Shown: positions 25,712 through 35,458, numbered from the stretch's first letter. The stretch is 64,000 nt of DNA from Candidatus Tayloriibacteriota bacterium (GCA_016188455.1 JACPHR010000010.1:3655-67654), one strand, 5' to 3'. Translations and numbers: made by a program. The notes: generated by a model not told the origin, from the letters alone.

Positions 25712-25758
25712 TTTCTACTTTCCTTTCTTTCCTTTGTTTTTGGTTTACGGTTTTTGGT

Positions 25759-26016
25759 TTAGGGCTGTTTACGACTCGGCACCAACGACACAGATACTCC
25801 CTCCATGCGGACATGGTAGAGACCGTCGTTTGTCCCGACCGTGTTGGTTTTGGTTTCCGCGACGGGCTCGAAAACCGGGCTTTCAGCCAATGACCGAATC
25901 GTAACCGACTCGGTCGGAGGCGAGTGAACCGCTTGAGGTTGAGGTTGTTGAGATTTTTCTGTCAGTATTGCTAAAGACAGAGTCACAAATATAAGGCAAC
26001 CGAGGAGCTTCTTCAT
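25759..26016 (-). CDS. hypothetical exported protein (85 aa)
   Basis: MKKLLG signal-like N-terminus; upstream of the 375-aa gene. Confidence 0.5.
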   Translation of the reverse strand: MKKLLGCLIFVTLSLAILTEKSQQPQPQAVHSPPTESVTIRSLAESPVFEPVAETKTNTVGTNDGLYHVRMEGVSVSLVPSRKQP

Positions 26017-26145
26017 TTGGTTTAGGACTTAGGTAGTTATTTAACTGTCGAACAACGAAGGCAATTTTCCAAAACTGCCAATAAAAATAAGGGTTTTCAC
26101 CCTCACTTTTTTCCGGTGCTATTGTAAGCTATAACTCTTAGTCTG

Positions 26146-27342
26146 TCAAGTGAAGATTCTTTTGATGAGAGGGTTGATACGGGTGACAATTTCATAACAT
26201 GACGAGTCGGTGAGAGCGCCCAGCTCCTCTGCGGTAATTTTTTTGCCCATGATAGTAACTTCGTCGTGAAGGGATACGCCTTTTATATCAGTAACGTCAA
26301 TCGTAATCATATCCATGCTGACGCGGCCTATGACCTTTGCCTGCCCGCCGACCTGCCCGTTCGCGGAACGCAGGCGGGAGCCGTTTCGGCGCAGGCGGGA
26401 CATTTGACCTTGAACAATAACCCGGCCAATTGAAGAGAGAGCGCGTGGATAACCATGCCAGTAACCGACGGGCACGATGGCCACTTTGCTTTCCTTGTCC
26501 AAGGTTTCGGCAAGGTCGTAGCCGATGCGGCTTCCCTTTGGTAATTTTTTTATTTCAGTAATAATTGATTTCCAGACCAACGCCGGCTCGAGCGAAATCT
26601 TTTTCTTTAGAAATTCTTTTACTTCAGCGGCCGGCCAAAGACCGTAAAGGCCGATGCCGATGCGCACCATGTCAAAGTGAGACTCGGGAAGAAGCATGCA
26701 GCCTGCGGTGGCGGCGGCGTGCGCCATCGGCCGCATCCCTTCTTTTTGAAAGGCCGCTATCCATTTCTTAAATTCCGCGAGCTGGGCAAGCGTGTCTTTC
26801 GGGAAGGCGGGATTTTTCGCGCTGGCAAAATGCGTGTAGAGTCCCTCAACAACTATTTTTGCATTTTGAGTTTTGATTTTTGATATCAGGGTTTTTTGCT
26901 GCCGCAGCAAAAAACCCTGGCGGTGCATACCGGTGTCCACTTTGATGTGAACGCGTAGGGGCTTGGAAAAGTTTTTACTGTTTGCCGCGATATATCGTAT
27001 TATTTCAAAAGAGGAAACCGTAATAGAAATGTCATTTGCCGAAGCCGCCGCGACCATTTCGGGCAGAGTGTAGCCAAGTATCAAAATGGGCAGTTTGATT
27101 CCCTCTCGCCTTAAAGCCAGGCCTTCCGTGACCGAATCAACGCCGAGAAAATCCGCCCCGAGTTTTTCCATCTCGCGCGAAAAATCAATAAGCCCGTGGC
27201 CGTAGCCGTTGCTTTTGACCACCGCCATCAACTTGGTTCGCTTCGCAATGAGCTTCTCAAAAACGTTAAAATTGTGCTTGACGGCCTTTCGGTCAACTTC
27301 AATCCAGGTGCGCAAACCTTTGTGGGCGGTTTTGCTTCGCAT
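26146..27342 (-). CDS. alr: alanine racemase
   Basis: AVVKSNGYGHG, HIKVDTGMHRQG, GRVSMD; 20-aa palindromic insertion. Confidence 0.96.
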   Translation of the reverse strand: MRSKTAHKGLRTWIEVDRKAVKHNFNVFEKLIAKRTKLMAVVKSNGYGHGLIDFSREMEKLGADFLGVDSVTEGLALRREGIKLPILILGYTLPEMVAAASANDISITVSSFEIIRYIAANSKNFSKPLRVHIKVDTGMHRQGFLLRQQKTLISKIKTQNAKIVVEGLYTHFASAKNPAFPKDTLAQLAEFKKWIAAFQKEGMRPMAHAAATAGCMLLPESHFDMVRIGIGLYGLWPAAEVKEFLKKKISLEPALVWKSIITEIKKLPKGSRIGYDLAETLDKESKVAIVPVGYWHGYPRALSSIGRVIVQGQMSRLRRNGSRLRSANGQVGGQAKVIGRVSMDMITIDVTDIKGVSLHDEVTIMGKKITAEELGALTDSSCYEIVTRINPLIKRIFT

Positions 27343-27398
27343 GAGGATAATATTATCTAAAATGAAAAAAAACGCCAATGGAAAACTCTCATTAGTGT

Positions 27399-27436
27399 TA
27401 TTCTACCATCTTGGCGATCGCCAAGATGGTAGAATA
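27399..27436. repeat. perfect 38-bp palindrome TTCTACCATCTTGGCGATCGCCAAGATGGTAGAA
   Basis: related copies at 28075-28108 and 39804-39835. Confidence 0.9.
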
Positions 27437-27457
27437 GCGTTTCAACCTTCTTCAAAT

Positions 27458-28057
27458 TCAAATGACGGGCCGAAGAGTTCCAGTTTGGCCAACCTGAAAA
27501 ATTTCAACGCACTTTATGAGGCGCAATCTGTATAAATCGTCAAGAAATTCCTGGGGAATTTTAACTCTTCCCATCCAAAAACTTTTTTGCACCATCTTCA
27601 GACCCAAATGCTTAAGCGCCTCGCGCAACCAGTCACGCTTTCTTTTCTCCTTTTGTGGGACGTCAAAAGCCACGATGGTTAAATGCTCACCCGACTGCCG
27701 TGGATACTCTATCAAAGGAAACCGGGCTGAAATTTGCAACTTCAGTCTGCGTTCGGCGTCTTTTCCGCGAGCAGTGATTGATAACAGTGTTTTATCGGCA
27801 TTTTTGCTTATGGCAATCAAACCGTCATGCTTTAACTTTGAAATCAATTTCTGGTATCTCAGTACAAGCTCTTTCTCTCCTACTGGAAGAGGGCGTTTAT
27901 TACTCCTCTTCTTCTGCCTTTCTCTGAGAACATAGCGGATTCTTCCCGGCGACGCGCCGTATCCGGCAATAAGAATGGCTTCGCACAGTTCTAGAGATTC
28001 TACTGCCATTTTACCGAGTGTCTGAAGAATATAAAGTGTAATGTGTCCTTTTTTCAT
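27458..28057 (-). CDS. PaaX-like protein (wHTH + Cas2-like domain)
   Basis: LSITARGK; IVAFDVPQKEKRKRDWLREALKHLGLKMVQKSFW. Confidence 0.85.
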   Translation of the reverse strand: MKKGHITLYILQTLGKMAVESLELCEAILIAGYGASPGRIRYVLRERQKKRSNKRPLPVGEKELVLRYQKLISKLKHDGLIAISKNADKTLLSITARGKDAERRLKLQISARFPLIEYPRQSGEHLTIVAFDVPQKEKRKRDWLREALKHLGLKMVQKSFWMGRVKIPQEFLDDLYRLRLIKCVEIFQVGQTGTLRPVI

Positions 28058-28168
28058 TATAGTATTTTGTTATATTCTACTAAAAAGGCGATCGCTAAGA
28101 TAGTAGAAAAACACTTTAGCGAGGGAAAAGTGGAACATTTTAAGTACTGCTCGCCATCTCAAATTTTG

Positions 28169-28252
28169 TGCCGAGGGTGGGACTCGAACCCACACGGTCT
28201 AAACGACCCCGAGATTTTAAGTCTCGTACGGCTACCATTACGTCACCTCGGC
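28169..28252 (-). tRNA. tRNA-Leu(TAA)
   Basis: GCCGAGG/CCTCGGC acceptor, CGAGA-CTTAAAA-TCTCG anticodon arm, long variable arm. Confidence 0.93.
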
Positions 28253-28296
28253 AAAAAACTTGGAAGGACAAACGCATCTCCTGATTCCGCTTGCAT

Positions 28297-28442
28297 GAGG
28301 CCACGGTGGGACTTGGTTACAGCTCTCGTCGCGCCGTCGCGCTCCTCGGCCGCGACCCCGCCTCGCTGCCGCTCTGAAACTCGCGGCGTGCTCCGGCTTG
28401 CAATTCCACACGCACGCAAAGCAGTTTGCGTGCTCGTCGCCT
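28297..28442 (-). mobile_element. guide-bearing structured element, tRNA-Cys copy, plus 19-bp duplicate of the tRNA 3' end
   Basis: 28297-28315 = 28445-28463; GCACGCAA-ACTGCT-TTGCGTGC, CGGAG, GGGGTCGCG..GACG..TGTAACC. Confidence 0.75.
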
Positions 28443-28518
28443 TGGAGGCCACGGTGGGACTTGCACCCACGTATAACGGTTTTGCAGACCGCTGCGTTGC
28501 TATCTTCGCCACGTGGCC
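28443..28518 (-). tRNA. tRNA-Cys(GCA)
   Basis: GGCCACG/CGTGGCC acceptor, GCGGT-CTGCAAA-ACCGT, U73-CCA. Confidence 0.93.
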
Positions 28519-28525
28519 TTGGATT

Positions 28526-28849
28526 TTACTTCTGAGACAATACGTCAATCTTCTGTCTGTTCTTCTCGCCTAAGTCTATCTCAAAATCCACAAAGGGCAA
28601 CTGGAAAAGTTTGCTTTCCTCTTTGAGAAATTCTCTGAAATCGGAGCGCTTGCGTTTGGCGAAATCCATTACCCCCTTTTCTTTTTCGCTCGGATAAACG
28701 GTCAAAAATATCAAGGCCTTTTTACCTTTGGCCAGAAGCTTGACGTCGGTAACGGTAATCAAAGCCTGGCCGCTGGATTCTCTCTCCAAAAATGCGGAAG
28801 CCTTTTGGCGAACAATTGCCTTTACTCGCTCATTTTTAATGTCGCTCAT
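28526..28849 (-). CDS. rbfA: ribosome-binding factor A
   Basis: ITVTDV..A.IF.TV, downstream of infB. Confidence 0.88.
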   Translation of the reverse strand: MSDIKNERVKAIVRQKASAFLERESSGQALITVTDVKLLAKGKKALIFLTVYPSEKEKGVMDFAKRKRSDFREFLKEESKLFQLPFVDFEIDLGEKNRQKIDVLSQK

Positions 28850-28915
28850 TAGGATTTAAGAATCAGTCGGGCCCCACCCCGCCCGCCGCGGGCGGGGTGG
28901 GGCCGCCAGTCTTGT

Positions 28916-30466
28916 TTACTTTTTGACGATGACAAACGACTCAATAACATCCCCGGGGGCGATTTCAATCCGGGCTTCGGCCATGGCTCCAAACTCGCGG
29001 TCTTTGACCACTTCGTCCGTTTTCACTTTTTGCTGCTGCAATTCGCGGATTTTGCCGGTGCCGACTTCGGCGCCGCGGCGGATGATTTTAAATTCATCGC
29101 CGGTTCTGACTAAACCTTCAATCACCTTTCCACCGATGACTTGCCGGTCTTTGACAACGCTAAACAGCCTTATGATTTTAGCCTTGCCTCTGGTTTCAAC
29201 CACTTCGATTTTCGGGGTACGTTCAAGGAGAATCTCTCGCGCCCGCTCCACCAGTTTATAAATCACCTCAAAGATTTGGACCTCTATGCCGTCCCGTTCA
29301 GAGAGACTTTTTGCCGCGTTGTCAATTTTCACATTGAAACCGAGAATGTGCGCGCCGGTGCCGCTCGAGGCGATTTTAACGTCCGATTCGTTGACGTCAC
29401 CGGTCCCGGTATGGATGATTTTCGGGAAAACTTTATCGGTCGCCAGTTTTCGCAGTTCATACTCTATGGCTTCAAGCGAGCCCGACACATCCGTCTTAAC
29501 GACAATCGGCACCGCTATCCGCTCTTCGGACCGATTTTTCGTCATGTGCGGCCGCTTCGGCGGCACCGCCCGCGCCGCCGCCAAGTATTTTTCGGCTTCT
29601 TTTTTGGTGGCGAACGAAAGAAAAGGACTACCAGTCTCAGGCATGCTGTCCCAACCCAAGACGGCCACCGGCGTGCCCGGACCGGCCGAAGAAATTTCTT
29701 CGCCTAAAAAATTTTGCATCACCCGAAGCGAGGAGACGGCCTCCCCAGCCACGATGGCCATACCTTTTTTGAGCGTGCCGTCTTTGACGATGAGCGTCGC
29801 CGAAAGGCCTTTTTCTTTTGACCGCGCGGCTTCCAGCACCACGCCTTCGGCCGGCTTATCTTTGCGACCGCAAATATTTTCCACGTCCGCCACCAGAAGA
29901 ATCATGTCAAGCAAGTCGCCAACGCCCGCGCCGGAGAGCCCCGAAACTGGCACGCTGGGAATCTCGCCGCCGTAGCCTTCAATGTATATTTCGTGTTCCA
30001 GCAAACTTTGTTTGGCCCTTTCAATGTTGGCGGCTGGCTTGTCAATTTTGGTCAGGGCGACGATGAAAGGTGTTTTGCTTTCCTTGATAAACTTCAAAGC
30101 CTCGAGAGTTTGCGGTTTAACACCGTCCTCGGCGGAGACAACCAGGACTCCAATATCGGCGATGCGGGCGCCTCGCGAGCGAATGCCGGCAAAAGCTTCG
30201 TGTCCGGGAGTGTCAAGAAAAGTGATTAGTTTGATTTTACCTTCAGCCGTTGTGCGGCTGACTTCATAGGCCGAAACATGCTGGGTGATGCCGCCGGCCT
30301 CGCCCGCCGCCGCGTTCCGGTGCCTTTTTTCGGCACTGATGGCGCAACATTGCCGAATGTAATCAAGCAAAGTGGTTTTGCCGTGGTCAATATGGCCCAT
30401 CACCGCCACCACCGGCGGGCGCGGCGTAACCGCTTCTTTTACTGTTTTTTTGTGCAATGCGTTCAT
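28916..30466 (-). CDS. infB: translation initiation factor IF-2 (short form)
   Basis: RPPVVAVMGHIDHGKTTLLD, GGITQH, DTPGHEAF; start moved to ATG 30466. Confidence 0.96.
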   Translation of the reverse strand: MNALHKKTVKEAVTPRPPVVAVMGHIDHGKTTLLDYIRQCCAISAEKRHRNAAAGEAGGITQHVSAYEVSRTTAEGKIKLITFLDTPGHEAFAGIRSRGARIADIGVLVVSAEDGVKPQTLEALKFIKESKTPFIVALTKIDKPAANIERAKQSLLEHEIYIEGYGGEIPSVPVSGLSGAGVGDLLDMILLVADVENICGRKDKPAEGVVLEAARSKEKGLSATLIVKDGTLKKGMAIVAGEAVSSLRVMQNFLGEEISSAGPGTPVAVLGWDSMPETGSPFLSFATKKEAEKYLAAARAVPPKRPHMTKNRSEERIAVPIVVKTDVSGSLEAIEYELRKLATDKVFPKIIHTGTGDVNESDVKIASSGTGAHILGFNVKIDNAAKSLSERDGIEVQIFEVIYKLVERAREILLERTPKIEVVETRGKAKIIRLFSVVKDRQVIGGKVIEGLVRTGDEFKIIRRGAEVGTGKIRELQQQKVKTDEVVKDREFGAMAEARIEIAPGDVIESFVIVKK

Positions 30467-30494
30467 AATTTTTGCAGTGTCCGGTCGCGGCGGA

Positions 30495-30636
30495 AATTCC
30501 AAATCACAAATACCAAACCCCAAACAATGCACAAATTCAAATGATCAAAATTGGGAACCGCGCCGAGGGGCAGTTGCGGTTTTGAATTTAAATATTTGAA
30601 TTTGTTTAGGATTTCGAATTTCGTGCTTCGGATTTT
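30495..30636. repeat. degenerate heptamer tandem repeats arranged as an inverted pair
   Basis: CAAATnn runs then nnATTTG runs; same style at 50976-51077, 57595-57808, 47595-47648, 49016-49053. Confidence 0.7.
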
Positions 30637-31102
30637 AGGCACGAAGTGTTTGTCTGGCCTTTTCTATCGCTTCCCGTTCCTCTTTCGTAAGCTCGTACGC
30701 CGATTTGAAATTATTGATTGGCTTGGCAAAGACGCTTACGCGGTCACGGGAGTAAAGGCTGGAGATGGCGACGCCGCCTTTCTCATTGAGGAAACTGGCG
30801 GCGAAACTCTGGTTGCCGCCCTCACCTTTGCCTTTGAACGGATTGAAACGTACCGTGCCGACTCCCCGCACGCTCTGGCAGAGCCGCTGCTCCACGGTTT
30901 CCAAATACCGCTCAATCTCTTCACGGAACTGTTTGAACCGCTTAATATCCGAGACGTTGCCGGCAATTACCGCTTCAAGGTCTTTGCCGGTTTTGCCGCG
31001 AAGCAGTCGGTTAAGGCGAAACTCCAGGTGAATGACAAGAGTGATGAGAATCGCGATAACGATTGCCGAGCCCACAATGATTTCTTGGATGTACGGCTCC
31101 AT
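30635..31102 (-). CDS. DUF4446-like membrane-anchored protein
   Basis: TM helix + coiled coil + VRFNPF..GGNQSF..G..ISSLYSR...FAKP. Confidence 0.8.
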   Translation of the reverse strand: MEPYIQEIIVGSAIVIAILITLVIHLEFRLNRLLRGKTGKDLEAVIAGNVSDIKRFKQFREEIERYLETVEQRLCQSVRGVGTVRFNPFKGKGEGGNQSFAASFLNEKGGVAISSLYSRDRVSVFAKPINNFKSAYELTKEEREAIEKARQTLRA

Positions 31103-31212
31103 GACCTTGGGATTATACGTCAAGTTGAAACTTTTTTCCAGCGAAGATAAAAAGGCCAGCACATGCTGGCTGATGGAGCTATAGAATCATTGCTTGTTCG
31201 GCACAATCTCTG

Positions 31213-31587
31213 TCAGTCGTGCGTCCCGCTGTCTTTCCTTTCTTTGCGACGACGGATAAAATTTTCGAACAATTTAACAACAGCAGGAGGTGGTTGATTC
31301 TTTAATTTCTCAAAAGTTCTGTCGCTGGTGTAGCCCCCTCTTTCGTCGGGCCAGTGTACCCATATAATCGGGTTCCCATCTATACCGTCATACAGTGTTA
31401 CCACTTTCCCCCGATAGAGGGTGCCATACGCTCTTCCCTGTTCTACCACTTCATCTCCGAGAGATACTTTGAATCCACTCTCATCTTGAATGCTTATCAC
31501 CGTATGGTCTGTTTGCACTTCTACAATGAAACCGCGGGTGTTTTGCCTTTTCGTTGTGTCTGTTCTTTCGCTGTTTGACGTATTCAT
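31213..31587 (-). CDS. hypothetical protein (124 aa)
   Basis: GGGAG RBS; single long ORF in the gap. Confidence 0.6.
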   Translation of the reverse strand: MNTSNSERTDTTKRQNTRGFIVEVQTDHTVISIQDESGFKVSLGDEVVEQGRAYGTLYRGKVVTLYDGIDGNPIIWVHWPDERGGYTSDRTFEKLKNQPPPAVVKLFENFIRRRKERKDSGTHD

Positions 31588-31650
31588 TTTGTGTCTCCCA
31601 TAGAAGATTCTTGAGTGTTTCTGTAAGAATGATAGTATTCCTTCGTATAC

Positions 31651-32925
31651 ATGTCAAACAAGCGAATTTATCTCGATTGCGCCGCCACAACTCCGCTTGA
31701 CCAGCGGGTTTTGAAAGTTATGCTGCCCTATTTCGGGAAAAAGTTCGGTAATCCAAGTTCGATTCACGCCGAAGGGGTAGATGCGAAGAAAGCGCTTGAA
31801 GCGGCGCGCAAGAGTGTCGGGGGAATTCTCCGCGCCCGAGCCGACGAAATGATTTTTACCTCCGGCGGCACCGAGTCAAACAACCTTGCCATCCATGGCG
31901 TTCTGAACGCCATCACGGATATACGCAGATTGGACGCAAACAAACGCGGATTGAATATCAGCGTGCATCAGCGTAGTCATCAGCGTGCATCCGCGGAAAA
32001 ATTGCATATGGTGACGACTAACATTGAACACTCGTCCGTGCTGGAGCCGATACGGGCGCTCGAGCGGCGCGGCGTGGCCGTAACCTACGTGCCGATTGAG
32101 CCAAACGGTATCGTGGACCCTAAAAAAATCGCCGCCGCTTTGCGTCCGGAAACAGTTTTGGTTTCGGTCGGCTACGCCAATAATGAAATCGGCACCATAC
32201 AACCGATTTCTAAAATTGCCCGCGAGATTCGCATTTTTAGAAATCGGCTGAAAGCACAAATCACAAATCCCAAATTCAAACTTTCAAATTTCCAAACCCC
32301 GATTTTCCATACGGATGCTTGCCAAGCTCCCTTGTATCTAGATTGCAACATGGACAAGCTCGGCGTTGACCTTTTGACGCTCGACGGCCACAAAATGTAC
32401 GGGCCCAAGGGGGTCGGCGCCCTCTACATAAGGCACGGCACCCCTATTGCGCCAATGCTTTTTGGCGGCGGCCAGGAAAGCAGTCTTCGTTCAACAACGG
32501 AAAATGTGGCGGCTATCGTCGGTTTCGCTCGGGCGCTTGAGATGGCCGCGTCAAAACGCGACAAAGAATCCGCGCGTCTCACGAAGCTCCGCGACTTCTG
32601 TCATTCCAACATTCTTGAGAATGTTGGAATGACAGAAGTGATAATTAATGGCGATATGAAAGAACGGCTGCCGAATAACCTAAACCTCTCCTTCCCGGGC
32701 ATTGATACCGAAATGCTTCTGCTGCGGCTTGACGCTTTGGGCATCGCCTGCTCCACAAAAAGTTCCTGTCTGCGAGATGAGCCGGGTTCCTATGTCGTCC
32801 TGGCCTTGGGCGGCGGTGAAGCTCGGGCAAAATCAACTCTTCGCTTCAGCTTCGGCCGCGAAACGACCAAAAAAGATATTGATTATCTAATTATCCAACT
32901 TGTCCGCGTTATACAGCAATCTTGA
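31651..32925 (+). CDS. iscS: cysteine desulfurase (IscS/NifS type)
   Basis: YLDCAATTP, FTSGGTESNN, HTDACQ, GHKMYGPKG, catalytic Cys in STKSSC. Confidence 0.94.
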   Translation: MSNKRIYLDCAATTPLDQRVLKVMLPYFGKKFGNPSSIHAEGVDAKKALEAARKSVGGILRARADEMIFTSGGTESNNLAIHGVLNAITDIRRLDANKRGLNISVHQRSHQRASAEKLHMVTTNIEHSSVLEPIRALERRGVAVTYVPIEPNGIVDPKKIAAALRPETVLVSVGYANNEIGTIQPISKIAREIRIFRNRLKAQITNPKFKLSNFQTPIFHTDACQAPLYLDCNMDKLGVDLLTLDGHKMYGPKGVGALYIRHGTPIAPMLFGGGQESSLRSTTENVAAIVGFARALEMAASKRDKESARLTKLRDFCHSNILENVGMTEVIINGDMKERLPNNLNLSFPGIDTEMLLLRLDALGIACSTKSSCLRDEPGSYVVLALGGGEARAKSTLRFSFGRETTKKDIDYLIIQLVRVIQQS

Positions 32926-32929
32926 TTTT

Positions 32930-32981
32930 TTACCGCACACATTAACTTTTCACTATAGTGAAAAGTTAATGTGTGCGGTAA
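32930..32981. repeat. perfect 52-bp palindrome
   Basis: TTACCGCACACATTAACTTTTCACTA|TAGTGAAAAGTTAATGTGTGCGGTAA. Confidence 0.9.
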
Positions 32982-33116
32982 TCTTGTATAAGTTAATGCT
33001 TGCTTTTTCTAACTTCAGAACTTTTTCCGTCTTGCCAAACCTGTGAAGCGGAACAAACCGGCAACTCCCTCAAAAATGTCTTGCATTTTTCACGGAGCTG
33101 ATTTATTATTCGACAC

Positions 33117-33989
33117 ATGGAAGGCCTCACTAAACAACAAATCGTCCTGGTGACCCTTCTCGTCTCGTTCGTCACCTCTGTCGCCACCGGCATCGTGACG
33201 GTGGCGCTCATGGACCAAGCGCCGCCCGGCGTAACCCAAACCATCAATCGGGTCGTTGAACGAACCGTTGAAAAGGTGGTGCCCAATCCCAACCAGGCCG
33301 CCGCCGTGGTTACCAAAGAAACGGTCGTCGTCAAAGAAGATGATTTGGTCATCCAGGCGGTTGAGAAAAACGCCAAAAGTTTGGTTTCAATCACAAAAGT
33401 TTCGGGCGAAGGCGAAGCCAAGACCGAAACTTTCGCCGGCAACGGTCTGGTCTTATCCAAAGAGGGTCTCATGGCGAGTGATTCGTCGGTGGCCGCTCCC
33501 GCTCTTGACGACAACGGCAATCCTCTCCAGCAGAGCCTGAAAGCGGTCTTGGCCGACGGCGCGGCTTTGCCGCTTACGGTTGTTTCCGCCGACAACGCCA
33601 CCGGCCTAATTTTCCTCAAGCCGACTTTGGACGACAAAACCAAAAACACGGTTTTCATTCCGGCAACCATCGCGGATGCCGGCTCGCTCAAGCTCGGCCA
33701 GACGGTTATTGCGCTCGGTGGCGAGAAAGTCTCCGTGGCCACGGGCATAGTGTCAAATCTTTCTCAGAGCGAGCAAAAGCCGGTCTCCCAAGACGGCGCC
33801 GCCACCTCCACCTCAAAATCTTCAACCGGCCAAATTATCAAAACCGACATCTCCGCGCCGGCCAAAGCCCTCGGCGCCATTTTGGTAAATCTTTCCGGGG
33901 ACGTGGTCGGCATCAGAGCGCTTACGGCGGGCAGCGCCGACAATCTTTTCCTGGCGGCCAGTCTGGTCGCCAAAGCGTTGGGGAAGTAA
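33117..33989 (+). CDS. HtrA/trypsin-like protein, catalytically degenerate
   Basis: N-terminal TM; GNGLVLSKEG, LKLGQTVIALG, TGIVS, GAILVNLSGDVVGI. Confidence 0.75.
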   Translation: MEGLTKQQIVLVTLLVSFVTSVATGIVTVALMDQAPPGVTQTINRVVERTVEKVVPNPNQAAAVVTKETVVVKEDDLVIQAVEKNAKSLVSITKVSGEGEAKTETFAGNGLVLSKEGLMASDSSVAAPALDDNGNPLQQSLKAVLADGAALPLTVVSADNATGLIFLKPTLDDKTKNTVFIPATIADAGSLKLGQTVIALGGEKVSVATGIVSNLSQSEQKPVSQDGAATSTSKSSTGQIIKTDISAPAKALGAILVNLSGDVVGIRALTAGSADNLFLAASLVAKALGK

Positions 33990-34000
33990 GATTTTAATAA

Positions 34001-35458
34001 ATGGCGGCAGAACAAAAAGTGTCTCGTACTGAACTGAAGGAGCAGGAACTCAAATTACTTTTTGAGGTTTATAAAAATGACCCGAAGCTTTTTCTGCGAC
34101 CGACATTTATTGAAGATGCTAAAACACTTGCGGATTTCGGTATTTATATTCCCGAGAAGGACACTTTTCCGTTCGGTGTAATAAAGTTTGTGCCACAGGA
34201 TTTTATTGTGGAAGAAGTTTCTGAATCCGGAGAAGTTTTTACCATAAAGAAGGAAAATTGGTTGTCATCCGAAACCGTCCTTTCGGAGGGCTCCACTTTA
34301 TACGCTACTTTGGTAAAATGCGGTCTTTCAACGCTTCAAGCGGCTGCCGAAATAGCAACTCATTTTTCTTGTTCTCCAGAACAGATTCGCTATGCCGGTT
34401 TGAAAGACAGAGACGCTATTACGGCCCAACGTCTTTCTTTTCGTCAAATTTCCCTAAAACAACTTAAAACGCTTAATTCTCCGCACCTTTTTCTTAAAGA
34501 CGTTGCAAGCGGCAAAGGAGCTTTGGAAAAAGGCAAGCTTAAAGGGAATCAATTTACGATTTTTTTAAGGACTGAAAAAACATTTATTGAATCAGGCCGC
34601 GGTGCGGTTTTTATAAACCAATTGGCCAAAGTTCGAGAAAAAGGATTTTATAATTATTTCTATCTGCAGAGATTCGGCACGCCCAGATTGATAGCGCATT
34701 ATCTTGGCATGGACCTTGTTCATGGATATTACCGGAAAGCTTTGGAGACTTTTATTTGTTTTCCTTCCCCAAACGAAATTCCTTACTTTAAGAATATCAG
34801 AAAAGAGCTCAGAAAAAATTTCGGTAATTGGTCTCAAATGCTTGCGGTTATGGAATCTTTTCCTCTGATCTTGGGGAACGAACTCAAAGTCGTTAGATAC
34901 CTTGAACAGAAGCCTGAAGATTTTGCCGGCGCGCTTTTGCAAATTCAGGACCAGGCTGGGATGTGGGTTGGCGCTTTTTCTTCCTGGCTTTTCAATCAAA
35001 AAGTCGCTTCATATCTTAAAAAAGGAGAAGAGCCGCCGCAGTCTCTGCCTTTGTTTTTAGATACGGCTAATTCAGGGTCTGTGTACAAGGAACTTATGCG
35101 CGAACTTCGGGTTTCAGTAAATGACTTTAGAAATTTACGCAAACTGCCGTTTATTCAAGCTCCGAAGCGTCCGCTTGTTACTCGGGAACTTGTAATGATT
35201 GATAAAGCCGAAATTGCTGACGCGGGCATTGTGTTGAAATTCTTTTTGCCAAAAGGGGAATATGCCACCACTTTTCTTTCGCATTTGTTTAACTTAATTT
35301 CAGACAGACCGCCAATTGAGATAGACCAGACAATTGTTGATACGAAAGCGGCCTTGGGAGACGGGAGCAATGCTGAAACCCTGGAGTATTTCGCGCCGGT
35401 TATTCATCCAAAAAGCGCGAATTACTTTGAGGAACTTTTAAAAGAGGAAGGACAATAA
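34001..35458 (+). CDS. truD: tRNA pseudouridine(13) synthase
   Basis: DFIVEE, YAGLKDRDAITAQ, GNQFTI, NYFYLQRFG, FFLPKGEYAT. Confidence 0.93.
   Translation: MAAEQKVSRTELKEQELKLLFEVYKNDPKLFLRPTFIEDAKTLADFGIYIPEKDTFPFGVIKFVPQDFIVEEVSESGEVFTIKKENWLSSETVLSEGSTLYATLVKCGLSTLQAAAEIATHFSCSPEQIRYAGLKDRDAITAQRLSFRQISLKQLKTLNSPHLFLKDVASGKGALEKGKLKGNQFTIFLRTEKTFIESGRGAVFINQLAKVREKGFYNYFYLQRFGTPRLIAHYLGMDLVHGYYRKALETFICFPSPNEIPYFKNIRKELRKNFGNWSQMLAVMESFPLILGNELKVVRYLEQKPEDFAGALLQIQDQAGMWVGAFSSWLFNQKVASYLKKGEEPPQSLPLFLDTANSGSVYKELMRELRVSVNDFRNLRKLPFIQAPKRPLVTRELVMIDKAEIADAGIVLKFFLPKGEYATTFLSHLFNLISDRPPIEIDQTIVDTKAALGDGSNAETLEYFAPVIHPKSANYFEELLKEEGQ

Noticed and set aside
27458-28057. Calling the PaaX-like genes cas2 or a paa regulator
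   Set aside because: Stand-alone wHTH fusions with no cas or phenylacetate genes nearby
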